This document shows positions 24,646 to 32,178 of a stretch of DNA of 32,178 nt, piece by piece. The notes below the pieces were generated by a model that was not told where the DNA came from, did no database searches, and saw nothing but the letters and a program-made list of their open reading frames with translations. The stretch is from a virus. Its lineage: Duplodnaviria; Caudoviricetes. Where the stretch lies: positions 1 through 32,178 of the IMG/VR virus record IMGVR_UViG_3300049042_000233; one strand, 5' to 3'. How positions within the stretch are numbered: position 1 is the stretch's first letter; every line of letters begins with the position of its first letter. A program made the position numbers and the translations under genes.

Positions 24646-25590
24646 TTAGGCGATCGTGAGCAACTCCCCAGCGGTCGAATCAACGACCTTTTCGGAGGTG
24701 TGCTGACGGACGCGGACCACACCCGAGCGGCGTGCTTCGTCGCGGTACGTCTCAACGACGAACAGGTCGGAAGCGTCTCCGGTCCATGTCAGCGTGCGGC
24801 CTGCGCCACCTGCTACGAAGTCACCGGATTGGACGTTCCCGATCCATGCGCGGTTCGAGCCCCAGATGAACGAGCCCGAAGCGGACTGTCCTTTTTTCGA
24901 GGAGTCGTACGCGGCCGAAGCGACCAGCACTTTCTCGATGCCGATGTTGGCGGCGATCAGTGCAGCGTCGACGTTGCGGAGGTCTCCGGTTCCGACGGAC
25001 CCGAAGATGTAGCTCTGCACCTTCGCGTTCTTTCTCAGCGCGTTGTAGACGTCGAGGTTGACCACGAGGGTGTTGGCATCCACGCCCTTTTTGCGAAGGC
25101 GGGAGATGGCGTCCTGCAAGTCACTCACGGGGTCTGCTGCGGAGTTGCTCCACACCGTCCCCACGGTCGTGTTGTTGAAGTTGCTCGCGTTGAAGATCGC
25201 GGCGGCCACACGAGTTTCGTGCGCCAGCTTGATGTTGCGGAGCAGCAGCTTTGCAATCGTCGCCTCGGTGTCCAGGAACCTCGAGAGGTCCGCTTGATTG
25301 GAGTCGTCGATCAACTCCTCCAACCCGCGATCCTCGCAGAGGTAGGTGTCGGACGTGAAAGCGCGGGAAATTCGGCTGTAAGAGCCGTCAGCGTTGCGCT
25401 TTGCTGCGTCTGCGTCGACCCGCATCAGGTGGCCCGTTGCGGTGTCGATTTTGAGGTATTGTCCCGCTTTCGTGGCCACCGAGAGAGGTGGCATCACGAG
25501 ACCGCCGATGAGGCCTGAGTCGGCCCCGCCGGATTGAATGACAGCCTGCTGGATGTCACCGCGTAGTACTGCGCCTGTGTTTGCGTACAT
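24646..25590 (-). CDS. Major capsid protein (lambda gpE-like, HK97 fold)
   Basis: 314 aa after scaffold and decoration genes, followed by a strong terminator. Y.CEDRGLEELIDD, E.RVAAAIF, W....ADPV.D, N.LVV...VY.AL..N patterns. Confidence 0.9.
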   Translation of the reverse strand: MYANTGAVLRGDIQQAVIQSGGADSGLIGGLVMPPLSVATKAGQYLKIDTATGHLMRVDADAAKRNADGSYSRISRAFTSDTYLCEDRGLEELIDDSNQADLSRFLDTEATIAKLLLRNIKLAHETRVAAAIFNASNFNNTTVGTVWSNSAADPVSDLQDAISRLRKKGVDANTLVVNLDVYNALRKNAKVQSYIFGSVGTGDLRNVDAALIAANIGIEKVLVASAAYDSSKKGQSASGSFIWGSNRAWIGNVQSGDFVAGGAGRTLTWTGDASDLFVVETYRDEARRSGVVRVRQHTSEKVVDSTAGELLTIA

Positions 25591-25609
25591 TGTCTAAGGT
25601 CCTTTCGAA

Positions 25610-25981
25610 TTAAGAGTGAGTGTGAACCCCGAGTGCGACTTCGATCACATCCCCGTCAGCGGTTGCCGCTTCGAGAGCGATTCCGATTGGGTTGTTGCTC
25701 GACGTTGCCGTGGCGAGGATTTTGCCAGAGGCGGCAGGATAAACTGCTGCACCAGCGCTGATTGCTCCGCCGGCCTTCATCTCGAAGGTTCCGGAAGCGG
25801 AGTTGAGTTTGACCGTCACGATGCCGCTTGCTGCTGCGTCAGCGAGAGCCACGCCGAGAGCGGTGCCGTTTGGTGCGCCAGCTGCAACAGCCAGCCCAGA
25901 TGAGAGTGCAACGCGCTGACCGACCGAGAGAGCCCCTGCTCCCACGGCGAACGCTTTGAACCCGGAGTCGTTTTGTGCCAT
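25610..25981 (-). CDS. Capsid decoration/cement protein (DUF2190-like)
   Basis: Ala/Gly-rich: ALGVALADAAASG...GTFEMKAGGAISAGAAVY...IGIALEAATADGDVIEV. Confidence 0.82.
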   Translation of the reverse strand: MAQNDSGFKAFAVGAGALSVGQRVALSSGLAVAAGAPNGTALGVALADAAASGIVTVKLNSASGTFEMKAGGAISAGAAVYPAASGKILATATSSNNPIGIALEAATADGDVIEVALGVHTHS

Positions 25982-25993
25982 GTGTTTTTTTCT

Positions 25994-26911
25994 TTAGGGT
26001 TTGAGGATTCCCTTAGCGATCAGGTGGTTCCTGTACGCTTCGGGGTTTTTCCGGAGTTCGGAAAAGTCGGTCGGCTGTTCAGCCTTTGCTTCGGTTGCAA
26101 CGCCCGGAGCGACGGGAGTACCGAAGGATTTGATGAGAGCGGCGAGTGCCTCGAACTTGGTTTCGACGGCCCCGAGAATCTTCTCCTCGACTGCCTCGAA
26201 AGCAACACCTGCGACCTCTTCGGCCTTTGCGCTCATTGCGGCTTCCTCGGGCATTGTCTTGCCCATCTCTGCCTCGGGAGCTTCGGTCGTTTCTTCGGTG
26301 AGGAGTGCTTGCAGCATCCCCTTGATTTCCGAGATCGATGCTTCGACCGTGGCGAGGCGTTCCTCGACGGTCGGCGCGGGTGCCTCGGCCATTGCTTCGG
26401 GTTTTGGTTCTTCCTTCATGGGAGTCTCACTTGTTTGCGCGTCATCAACTGGTGCCTCAAAAAGGCCGTCCGGATTGGCTGCCGGTTCGTCAACCAGATC
26501 GACCGAGCGGAGGCGCGTGCATCGTGCGTAGGCGGCCCCGTTGACGTCCTGAGGCTTGCCCTCGAACGAGATGGAAAGGCCGAATGACTCAGGGGTTTTG
26601 GTGGCCAACTCGAGGATGAAATCTCGACGTGGCGAGGTCTGGAACAGTTGAAGATCCGCGAGCACCTTCTCGTCCTCGATGCGGAAGTTGACGAGTCGCC
26701 CGACAATCTCCTCCACGCCCGACTCGTGGCCTACCTTGACCTTGATTCCGCTCCTTGCTGCGTTTCCGCATTTAACGACCTGCGAAAGGGTCGTCTCATC
26801 GATGAGGAGACCGTGTCCCTTGGCCACCCCGAGTGTGATGACAGAGACGCCGAAGATGGTATCGGCATCGATGCTCGAGGGTGCGAGTGCTTGGAAAGAT
26901 GTGGTCTTCAT
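25994..26911 (-). CDS. Prohead protease/scaffolding protein
   Basis: N-terminal G.AKGHG...H...VGRL...FGLSI...LRSVDLVDEPAANPDGLF protease-like domain, then an acidic coiled-coil scaffold. Confidence 0.8.
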   Translation of the reverse strand: MKTTSFQALAPSSIDADTIFGVSVITLGVAKGHGLLIDETTLSQVVKCGNAARSGIKVKVGHESGVEEIVGRLVNFRIEDEKVLADLQLFQTSPRRDFILELATKTPESFGLSISFEGKPQDVNGAAYARCTRLRSVDLVDEPAANPDGLFEAPVDDAQTSETPMKEEPKPEAMAEAPAPTVEERLATVEASISEIKGMLQALLTEETTEAPEAEMGKTMPEEAAMSAKAEEVAGVAFEAVEEKILGAVETKFEALAALIKSFGTPVAPGVATEAKAEQPTDFSELRKNPEAYRNHLIAKGILKP

Positions 26912-27072
26912 TTGCTCATTCGATTCTGAAGTTTCCGTTTGTTGGCGTAATAGGCGCGGATCGCTGCGATGGCATCCTCACGGGTTTTGTGGTGCGAGAC
27001 GACCGACTCCTGCCCCGGGTAAACTTTGACCTTGGCCCATCCTGTTGGGGTTTTGCGGATTGCGTAAGGCAT
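26908..27072 (-). CDS. Small basic hypothetical protein (54 aa)
   Basis: MPYAIRK...HKTREDAIAAIRAYYAN; TGATG overlap with the portal stop and ATGA overlap with the protease gene. Confidence 0.7.
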   Translation of the reverse strand: MPYAIRKTPTGWAKVKVYPGQESVVSHHKTREDAIAAIRAYYANKRKLQNRMSK

Positions 27073-28796
27073 CAGTCCTTTTTGTTGAGTCTCTCTACGA
27101 TCCGGTTCGCCCACGCTTGGCCAGCGTCCCCGCCCCATCCGTCCCACGCCTGCCGGCCCTTTCCGTAGTCGTCCCACGTCGAGCCCTGCTTATCGACTTG
27201 GTGTCGGTCAAAGTAGGCCTTCATCCTCCGCACGGTGTCGGCGGAAACTGGTCGACCGCTGGCCAAGTCGCGAGCCCGAGCGATGCCCACTGGAGTCATC
27301 CCGCGTTGGGACGCTGGTTTCTTGGCACGCTCGCGCAGTGCTCGTGCGGCCGCTGCACGCACGGCCTGAGGTGGTTCGAACGAATCCTCGGCGAACTGCG
27401 TGGATTCCTCGGCTGAACTAAGGGACGCAGGTGGGTTTTTCGCCTGATCCAAAACGATCGGATCCTCAACCCCTGCGGCCTCGAAAATTTCTTTCCGACG
27501 GCGCACCTCGTTTGCCGATTGAATGAAGGCTTCCTCCCAGTCTTCGCCTTTACTCGCGAAATACTCAGCATAGGTCGTGGCGCCATGACGGAGTTCGGCA
27601 AGTTCTGCGCTCGTCTCTCGTCCGATGTCGGTGGATGGCCACGGCGGAAACTGCCACCGGTGAGACCTCCATTCAGCGGACTGCGGGATGTCTCCGTTCG
27701 AGATCCCGAACGCGATGACGGCCTCAAGGATGGGGTCGAGGATTCGGTTTGTGAGAATCCGTTGATAGCGTCCACAAACGCGTGCGGCTTGCTGTGAGTC
27801 GAGGCGAGCGGTCACCCCTCCGAGGTTACTTGAGTCGATGAAAAACCCGTACGGGAGTCCGAGAGCGTCGGCGAGGTGACGTTGCAGGGACTCGAGGAAC
27901 CCTGTGAACGTCACGCTCGGACGGTTGCTCATGAACCCAGTCACTTCCTCGCCAGGCTTGAGGTAGTGGATGGTGCCGGGTGTGATGCGCTCGATGGAGT
28001 CTCCGGTGGTTGTCTGCTCGTCCCATCCGAGACCCTCGCCTGATGGAGTCTTCACCACACCTGTCTGTCTGCTCGCCCACTTCACCGCATCCTTCTCCCC
28101 CGCGAGGATTTCCACGATGTCCTTGCAGGTTGCGATGGCGGGAGCAAAGGCCGATACACCACGGTAAGAGTCGTGGCGTTGAGGGTCGAACAAGTGCAGG
28201 CACCGCTCGGCTGGCACCTCCTGCTCGTCGACGTAGGATGCTCCCATGCTGCGGCGCGTGATCTGGTAGGCCACTGGTCGGCCCGTCTTGACGTCGATAC
28301 GGATGCCCCCGATGAGGTCGTCGGCCACGGTCGAGTGGTACGGGTTCCCGATGCGGTCGGCTTCGATAAGTTGCAGGCGCGGCCCGTCCTCGGTGAGGCT
28401 TTTGACGAGGAGACAGTCACCGTCCCGCACGAACGAGACGAAGGCGAGTTGCATCAGACTCAGGAAGTCGAATCGGCCCGAGAAGTCAGCACGTTTGCAC
28501 CAGTCTGCAAAGTAGGCCTCGTAGGATGAGTTCACCCCGGGGTCGCTCGTCCTCGCTTGATAGCGGAGGGATCCAAGCGTGTACAACGTGAGCTTTCGCA
28601 GGATGCCAGACACCAGCGGATGGTTGTTCTCGAGGTCCCGAGCCTCCCAAATCAACTGCACGCGGCCTCTGTTGGTGGAGGCTGATTCCGCGTGATTTGA
28701 GTAGTTCGAGGGCGTTTGTGCTCGGCTCTCGGTCGGCTCCGCGCCCTCCCAGCGAAAAGCCCGTACTGCGTTGCGGATTCGTCGGATGAGTTTCAT
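27072..28796 (-). CDS. Portal protein, lambda family, with C-terminal accessory domain
   Basis: Restarted at ATG 28796. ARDLENNHPL, VRDGD, LQLIEADRI, GRPVAY, RGVS.FAP and PGTIHYLKPGEE motifs of lambda gpB-type portals. Confidence 0.93.
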   Translation of the reverse strand: MKLIRRIRNAVRAFRWEGAEPTESRAQTPSNYSNHAESASTNRGRVQLIWEARDLENNHPLVSGILRKLTLYTLGSLRYQARTSDPGVNSSYEAYFADWCKRADFSGRFDFLSLMQLAFVSFVRDGDCLLVKSLTEDGPRLQLIEADRIGNPYHSTVADDLIGGIRIDVKTGRPVAYQITRRSMGASYVDEQEVPAERCLHLFDPQRHDSYRGVSAFAPAIATCKDIVEILAGEKDAVKWASRQTGVVKTPSGEGLGWDEQTTTGDSIERITPGTIHYLKPGEEVTGFMSNRPSVTFTGFLESLQRHLADALGLPYGFFIDSSNLGGVTARLDSQQAARVCGRYQRILTNRILDPILEAVIAFGISNGDIPQSAEWRSHRWQFPPWPSTDIGRETSAELAELRHGATTYAEYFASKGEDWEEAFIQSANEVRRRKEIFEAAGVEDPIVLDQAKNPPASLSSAEESTQFAEDSFEPPQAVRAAAARALRERAKKPASQRGMTPVGIARARDLASGRPVSADTVRRMKAYFDRHQVDKQGSTWDDYGKGRQAWDGWGGDAGQAWANRIVERLNKKD

Positions 28797-29053
28797 CGGC
28801 GGAATGATGCTCGCACGCGGTTGCGAGGAGTCGAGCGTGAGCGTTCGGTGACGATCTGCGAGCACGCGGCGAGTTCCTTAGCGATCTGCACGCGATCACG
28901 TTGGGAAGACGTTCCTGCTGACGACACCGATGTGTACGGGTCAGCGAACTCGGCCTTGAGGCGAGCGTATGCCTCCGCCAACTCGGCGGCGGTCATCGCC
29001 CTGAAAATCCCTTGGTAGTCAATCTCGTCGGCCATCACCTGAGCACCACTCAT
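28793..29053 (-). CDS. gpW-like head-tail joining protein
   Basis: Small helix-hairpin-helix ORF between terminase and portal, as in lambda; alternative start at 29035. Confidence 0.6.
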   Translation of the reverse strand: MSGAQVMADEIDYQGIFRAMTAAELAEAYARLKAEFADPYTSVSSAGTSSQRDRVQIAKELAACSQIVTERSRSTPRNRVRASFRR

Positions 29054-30765
29054 CAACCAGCGGTGCCAATGAAGTTGGTTGCCAGCGCGGCGAGCACCTG
29101 CAGCACTTCGCAGTCGAACAGGTGGTTATCCTTTCGAATCTGCCTCCAGATGTGGCTGACCCTGCCGTGCGCGTCGACCCTCTCCTCTCGTCGCTCGGCG
29201 GTCACCTGCGCGAGGTAGACATCCCCGGCCTCCCGAGAGAACTCCCACGAAGGACCCTTGCCTGACATGAGATGAGCCAGTGCGTCCTTGAGCATCGGGT
29301 TTGAGAACACAAGCAGGTTGATGGTCCTCTTTTGACCTTGGCCGAGCATTGCATCGGCTTTGCTCCACATGAACGGCCTTCGGACGTTGTTGACCATGTA
29401 GCCGTTGACCGAATCGTGGCCTTTGCTGGCCTTCCACTTTCCTCCCCGTTTCGCGATCTCGGTGTACACGGTTTGAGTGTCGAACCCCGAGTCGATGATG
29501 ACATCGCCCGACGCGATGCCGTACTTGGTCACCACCTCATCCATCATCGATAGACTGACCGCGCTCCCGAAGTCGACGAGGCGAGAGGTTCCCCCGGGAT
29601 GCCATTCTCGGACGACGAACCAAAGCCCGTAGGACTGCACGTCGATGGAGAGGAAAACACGGCCACCGGTGGTTTCTTTCAGCTTGTAGTCGGTCCCTCG
29701 TAGGTCATCCCCGAACTGTTCGGCTTTGAGATCGCTCACCCACGGCTCGCCCATCGTCTCTCGCTTCCACGTCTGCATGGGGATGATGTTCCCGAAGGTC
29801 ATCTGACGCTTGGCCACGAGGAACTCCTCGACGGCCTCACGCCACGGGATCCACCACGGGACCAACGATGACCAAGTGAACGACACCTTGTGCTTCGGCG
29901 CGATGAGGTTCCCCTTCTCCCATCGGCCATTCTCAACGAGTGTGCGGCGCGTAACGGGGTCGTCGGTGTGGCCGTGACCGCACGATGGGCACTTGAGTCT
30001 GATGCTTTCAGCGACCCTCTCGAAGAGCCACTTCCCCTCGGGTGTCTTGGTCTGCTCCGACTCCTCCCACTCGACGTGCTCCCAGAGTGGCGTGAAGAAC
30101 ATACCGCACGACTGACACGGCCACTCGAACCTGCGTTGGTCCCCGTCGAGGAAGGATTGGTGCACCGCGTCGTTCTCGAACAGCGGGGTGGAGATCTGGA
30201 CGATGCGGTAGTTCCACTGTGCCCTCACACGCTTCCGCACCATCTCCAACGCCCCCGGCGGGTAGTTGCGCACCTCGTCGAGGATGAGCCATCGCACCGG
30301 CACCGACTGAAGTTTCGAGGGTGAGCCAGCCCCGCGAACCATGAGGGTCATGGGTGCGAAGTCGATGGTCCCCTTCCGCTTCCCTGACCGCTCCTTGGGC
30401 ATCATCCGTTTGATGGTCTGGCAGTCCATCAGGGTCGGGAGCAGTCGAGTCTGCATGAAGTCCTCGGCCTCGTCCTGCGCGGCAAGCACCCACATGGCGG
30501 GTCCGGGATCCTCAGCGATGGCCCACGCGAGGAGAATCATCATCGTCTGGGTCTTGCCCGACTGAGCGGAGCACATGATGGAAATCTCGCGGATGCTATC
30601 ATCGGCGAACACCTCCATGATTTCCTTTGTCCACGGCGCGGTGTTCGAACTGAACTGCCCCGGCATCGAGGACTGCTTGTCGATGATGATGTGATCCTCG
30701 GCCCATTGCCATGGGTGCCTGTAGTCGCGGAGGGTCGCGATCTCGGAGATCGTCTCAAAGAACAT
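29053..30765 (-). CDS. terL: Terminase large subunit, lambda GpA family
   Basis: WAED...PG...PW, Walker A SAQSGKT, Walker B LILDE, ISTP, CxxC...CxxC, nuclease IDVQ and NHLFDCEV. Confidence 0.97.
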   Translation of the reverse strand: MFFETISEIATLRDYRHPWQWAEDHIIIDKQSSMPGQFSSNTAPWTKEIMEVFADDSIREISIMCSAQSGKTQTMMILLAWAIAEDPGPAMWVLAAQDEAEDFMQTRLLPTLMDCQTIKRMMPKERSGKRKGTIDFAPMTLMVRGAGSPSKLQSVPVRWLILDEVRNYPPGALEMVRKRVRAQWNYRIVQISTPLFENDAVHQSFLDGDQRRFEWPCQSCGMFFTPLWEHVEWEESEQTKTPEGKWLFERVAESIRLKCPSCGHGHTDDPVTRRTLVENGRWEKGNLIAPKHKVSFTWSSLVPWWIPWREAVEEFLVAKRQMTFGNIIPMQTWKRETMGEPWVSDLKAEQFGDDLRGTDYKLKETTGGRVFLSIDVQSYGLWFVVREWHPGGTSRLVDFGSAVSLSMMDEVVTKYGIASGDVIIDSGFDTQTVYTEIAKRGGKWKASKGHDSVNGYMVNNVRRPFMWSKADAMLGQGQKRTINLLVFSNPMLKDALAHLMSGKGPSWEFSREAGDVYLAQVTAERREERVDAHGRVSHIWRQIRKDNHLFDCEVLQVLAALATNFIGTAG

Positions 30766-31936
30766 CAGCGGCGCGAGTTGCTTTCTTTCCGGTGAGCGTC
30801 TCCCATCGTTTGACTATGACGTCACAGTAGGCTGGACTGATCTCCATCCCGAAGCAGCGGCGGCCCAATTGCTCGGCGGCGATGAGGGTGGTTCCCGAGC
30901 CGAGGAATGGATCGAAGATGTCACCTTGGGTGCAGTTGGCGATCATCATCCTGATCCAGTCGAGCGGTTTTGAATGAGAGTGCTCTGACTCAGAGTGGAA
31001 CTGTGAGATGGACAGAGAGAAGACATCGGCGAGGTGCTTGCCTCTCGGATCGGCCTCGTAATGGTAAGTTCCTCTCGAGTTGGTTCTGATCCCAGAGACA
31101 CCCGGCTCACCGTAGTGGGACCCCTCCTGATTGTACTTTTCCACGTCACCATACCATAGGCACATCTTCATTCGCTTGAGTGGTCGTGATGGTGTGAACC
31201 AACTCTGTAGACAATCCCACACAAACGCCCACGACGGTGCGCCGAACAACGCAACGATGTCACTGATCCTTTGACCGTCGCAGAATGCGAGGGTCGATTG
31301 TCGCTTTTGCATTGCGATCCATGCGTCCCACGGAGGGTCAAAAAACAAAGTTTCACAATGGTCTCCGAATCCCTCGGCCTTCGTGCTGTCCCCACACATC
31401 AGCCGATGCTCCCCGAGGATCCACAAATCGCCCGGCTTGGTGATCGGGTCGTCCGGTGTCTCCGGCACCTCGTCGGGGTCTCCGTTGAGTTGATTGGTTT
31501 CCGCGAGTAGCTCGGCCATCTCTTCATCCGAGAAGCCCGTCAGGAGGTGGTCGAGGTCGCTCTCTTTAATGGCCTCCAGTTCGACCTTGAGCATCTCCTC
31601 GTCCCATCCGCCACCGATTTCCGCGAGTTTGTTGTCAGCCAGAATGTAAGCCCTGCGTTGAGTCTCGCTCAGGTGCGAGAGCCTGATGACCGGTACTGAC
31701 TCGAGACCTAGCTTGAGCGCGGCCATGACGCGCCCGTGGCCAGCGATGATGCCGTTGTCCTGGTCAACGAGGACGGGGTTGTTGAAGCCAAACTCACGGA
31801 TGCTTCCCGCGATCTTTACGACCTGCTCTGGGTCGTGTTTCTTCGCGTTCCTCGCGTAGGGTATCAAGTCGGCTGGGTGCATCTGTTCCAGCTTCGGCTG
31901 CGGCTTGTTCATCTGCCCATCGTTGTATTTCTGCAT
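30755..31936 (-). CDS. ParB-like N-terminal domain fused to an N6A/N4C DNA methyltransferase
   Basis: LIPYARNAKKH...SIREFGFNNPVLVD...IIAGHGR...ADNKL, then GDLWILGEHRLMCGDST, DPPW, H.H.KP and FDPFLGSGTT. True start may be ATG 31912. Confidence 0.9.
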   Translation of the reverse strand: MQKYNDGQMNKPQPKLEQMHPADLIPYARNAKKHDPEQVVKIAGSIREFGFNNPVLVDQDNGIIAGHGRVMAALKLGLESVPVIRLSHLSETQRRAYILADNKLAEIGGGWDEEMLKVELEAIKESDLDHLLTGFSDEEMAELLAETNQLNGDPDEVPETPDDPITKPGDLWILGEHRLMCGDSTKAEGFGDHCETLFFDPPWDAWIAMQKRQSTLAFCDGQRISDIVALFGAPSWAFVWDCLQSWFTPSRPLKRMKMCLWYGDVEKYNQEGSHYGEPGVSGIRTNSRGTYHYEADPRGKHLADVFSLSISQFHSESEHSHSKPLDWIRMMIANCTQGDIFDPFLGSGTTLIAAEQLGRRCFGMEISPAYCDVIVKRWETLTGKKATRAADVL

Positions 31937-32177
31937 AGCTGTTTCGTATTGCGGTTGTGATTTCAGTGGAGATCTGCGTCGGGGTCATCCCCGAGAGTCG
32001 GCCAGCGAGTGATGGTCCGATGCGGAGCTGCAAGCGTTTGCAGGTGTCGAAGGTTTGATAGAGCTTTTTCCGGATTTCGTCACGGTGCATCACTTCTCCT
32101 CGGGCCTGTTGGATTTGAAGTTCGAGAAGTTGGTTTCGCAGGTAGACCTGCCGAGCGGTGAGCTTGCTTTTATCGAG
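31794..32177 (-). CDS. Terminase small subunit, Nu1-like (5' truncated by window edge)
   Basis: Frame is open to the window end: LDKSKLTARQVYLRNQLLELQIQQARGEVMHRDEI...; Nu1-like coiled coil with GE motif; upstream of TerL. Confidence 0.65.
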   Translation of the reverse strand, partial: LDKSKLTARQVYLRNQLLELQIQQARGEVMHRDEIRKKLYQTFDTCKRLQLRIGPSLAGRLSGMTPTQISTEITTAIRNSYAEIQRWADEQAAAEAGTDAPSRLDTLREEREETRPRAGRKDRGKHP

Positions 32178-32178
32178 G

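Larger units (their letters stand above)
1..32178 (-). mobile_element. Tailed dsDNA phage/prophage genome segment (lambda-like head, probably non-contractile tail)
   Basis: Syntenic terminase-portal-protease-capsid-tail-tape measure-fibre-lysis block followed by recombination/replication genes, all on one strand. No host housekeeping genes, no sheath gene and no integrase recognised. Confidence 0.97.

Noticed and set aside
444-31960. Numerous long plus-strand and alternative-frame ORFs (e.g. 444..1226, 16888..17592, 24616..25518)
   Set aside because: They overlap well-supported minus-strand genes, lack motifs, and are expected in GC-rich DNA.

Overview
This 32-kb window is most of a tailed dsDNA phage (or prophage) genome with lambda-like head genes. 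Every convincing gene is on the minus strand, and many are coupled by ATGA overlaps. In transcription order (right to left): partial terminase small subunit, ParB-like/DNA methyltransferase fusion, GpA-type terminase large subunit, gpW-like protein, lambda-type portal with an extra C-terminal domain, protease/scaffold, DUF2190-like decoration protein, major capsid, head-tail connectors, two paralogous small tail-tube-like proteins, a tail chaperone with a G-GGA-AAC -1 frameshift, tape measure, two more paralogous pairs, three fibre-like proteins (one collagen-like), a GT4 glycosyltransferase, two holin-like genes, a lysozyme-type endolysin and an HTH protein. After an AT-rich, hairpin-containing gap come the early genes: RuvC-like resolvase, RecT-like annealase, SSB-like protein, small ORFs and a primase-helicase. 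No integrase, tail sheath, cas gene, reverse transcriptase, tRNA or rRNA was recognised. The standout is at 5676-5786: two identical 36-bp repeats flank a 39-bp spacer that matches this phage's own major capsid gene (24899-24937) at 33/39 nt, with 5 of the 6 mismatches synonymous. The spacer therefore looks like a piece of a related phage's capsid gene. The unit sits in frame inside what looks like an ordinary phage gene, which also carries a frameshifting 16-bp duplication. It is a candidate phage-borne mini-CRISPR array or a newly born array from off-target spacer integration. All family assignments come from motif recognition by eye, not database searches.
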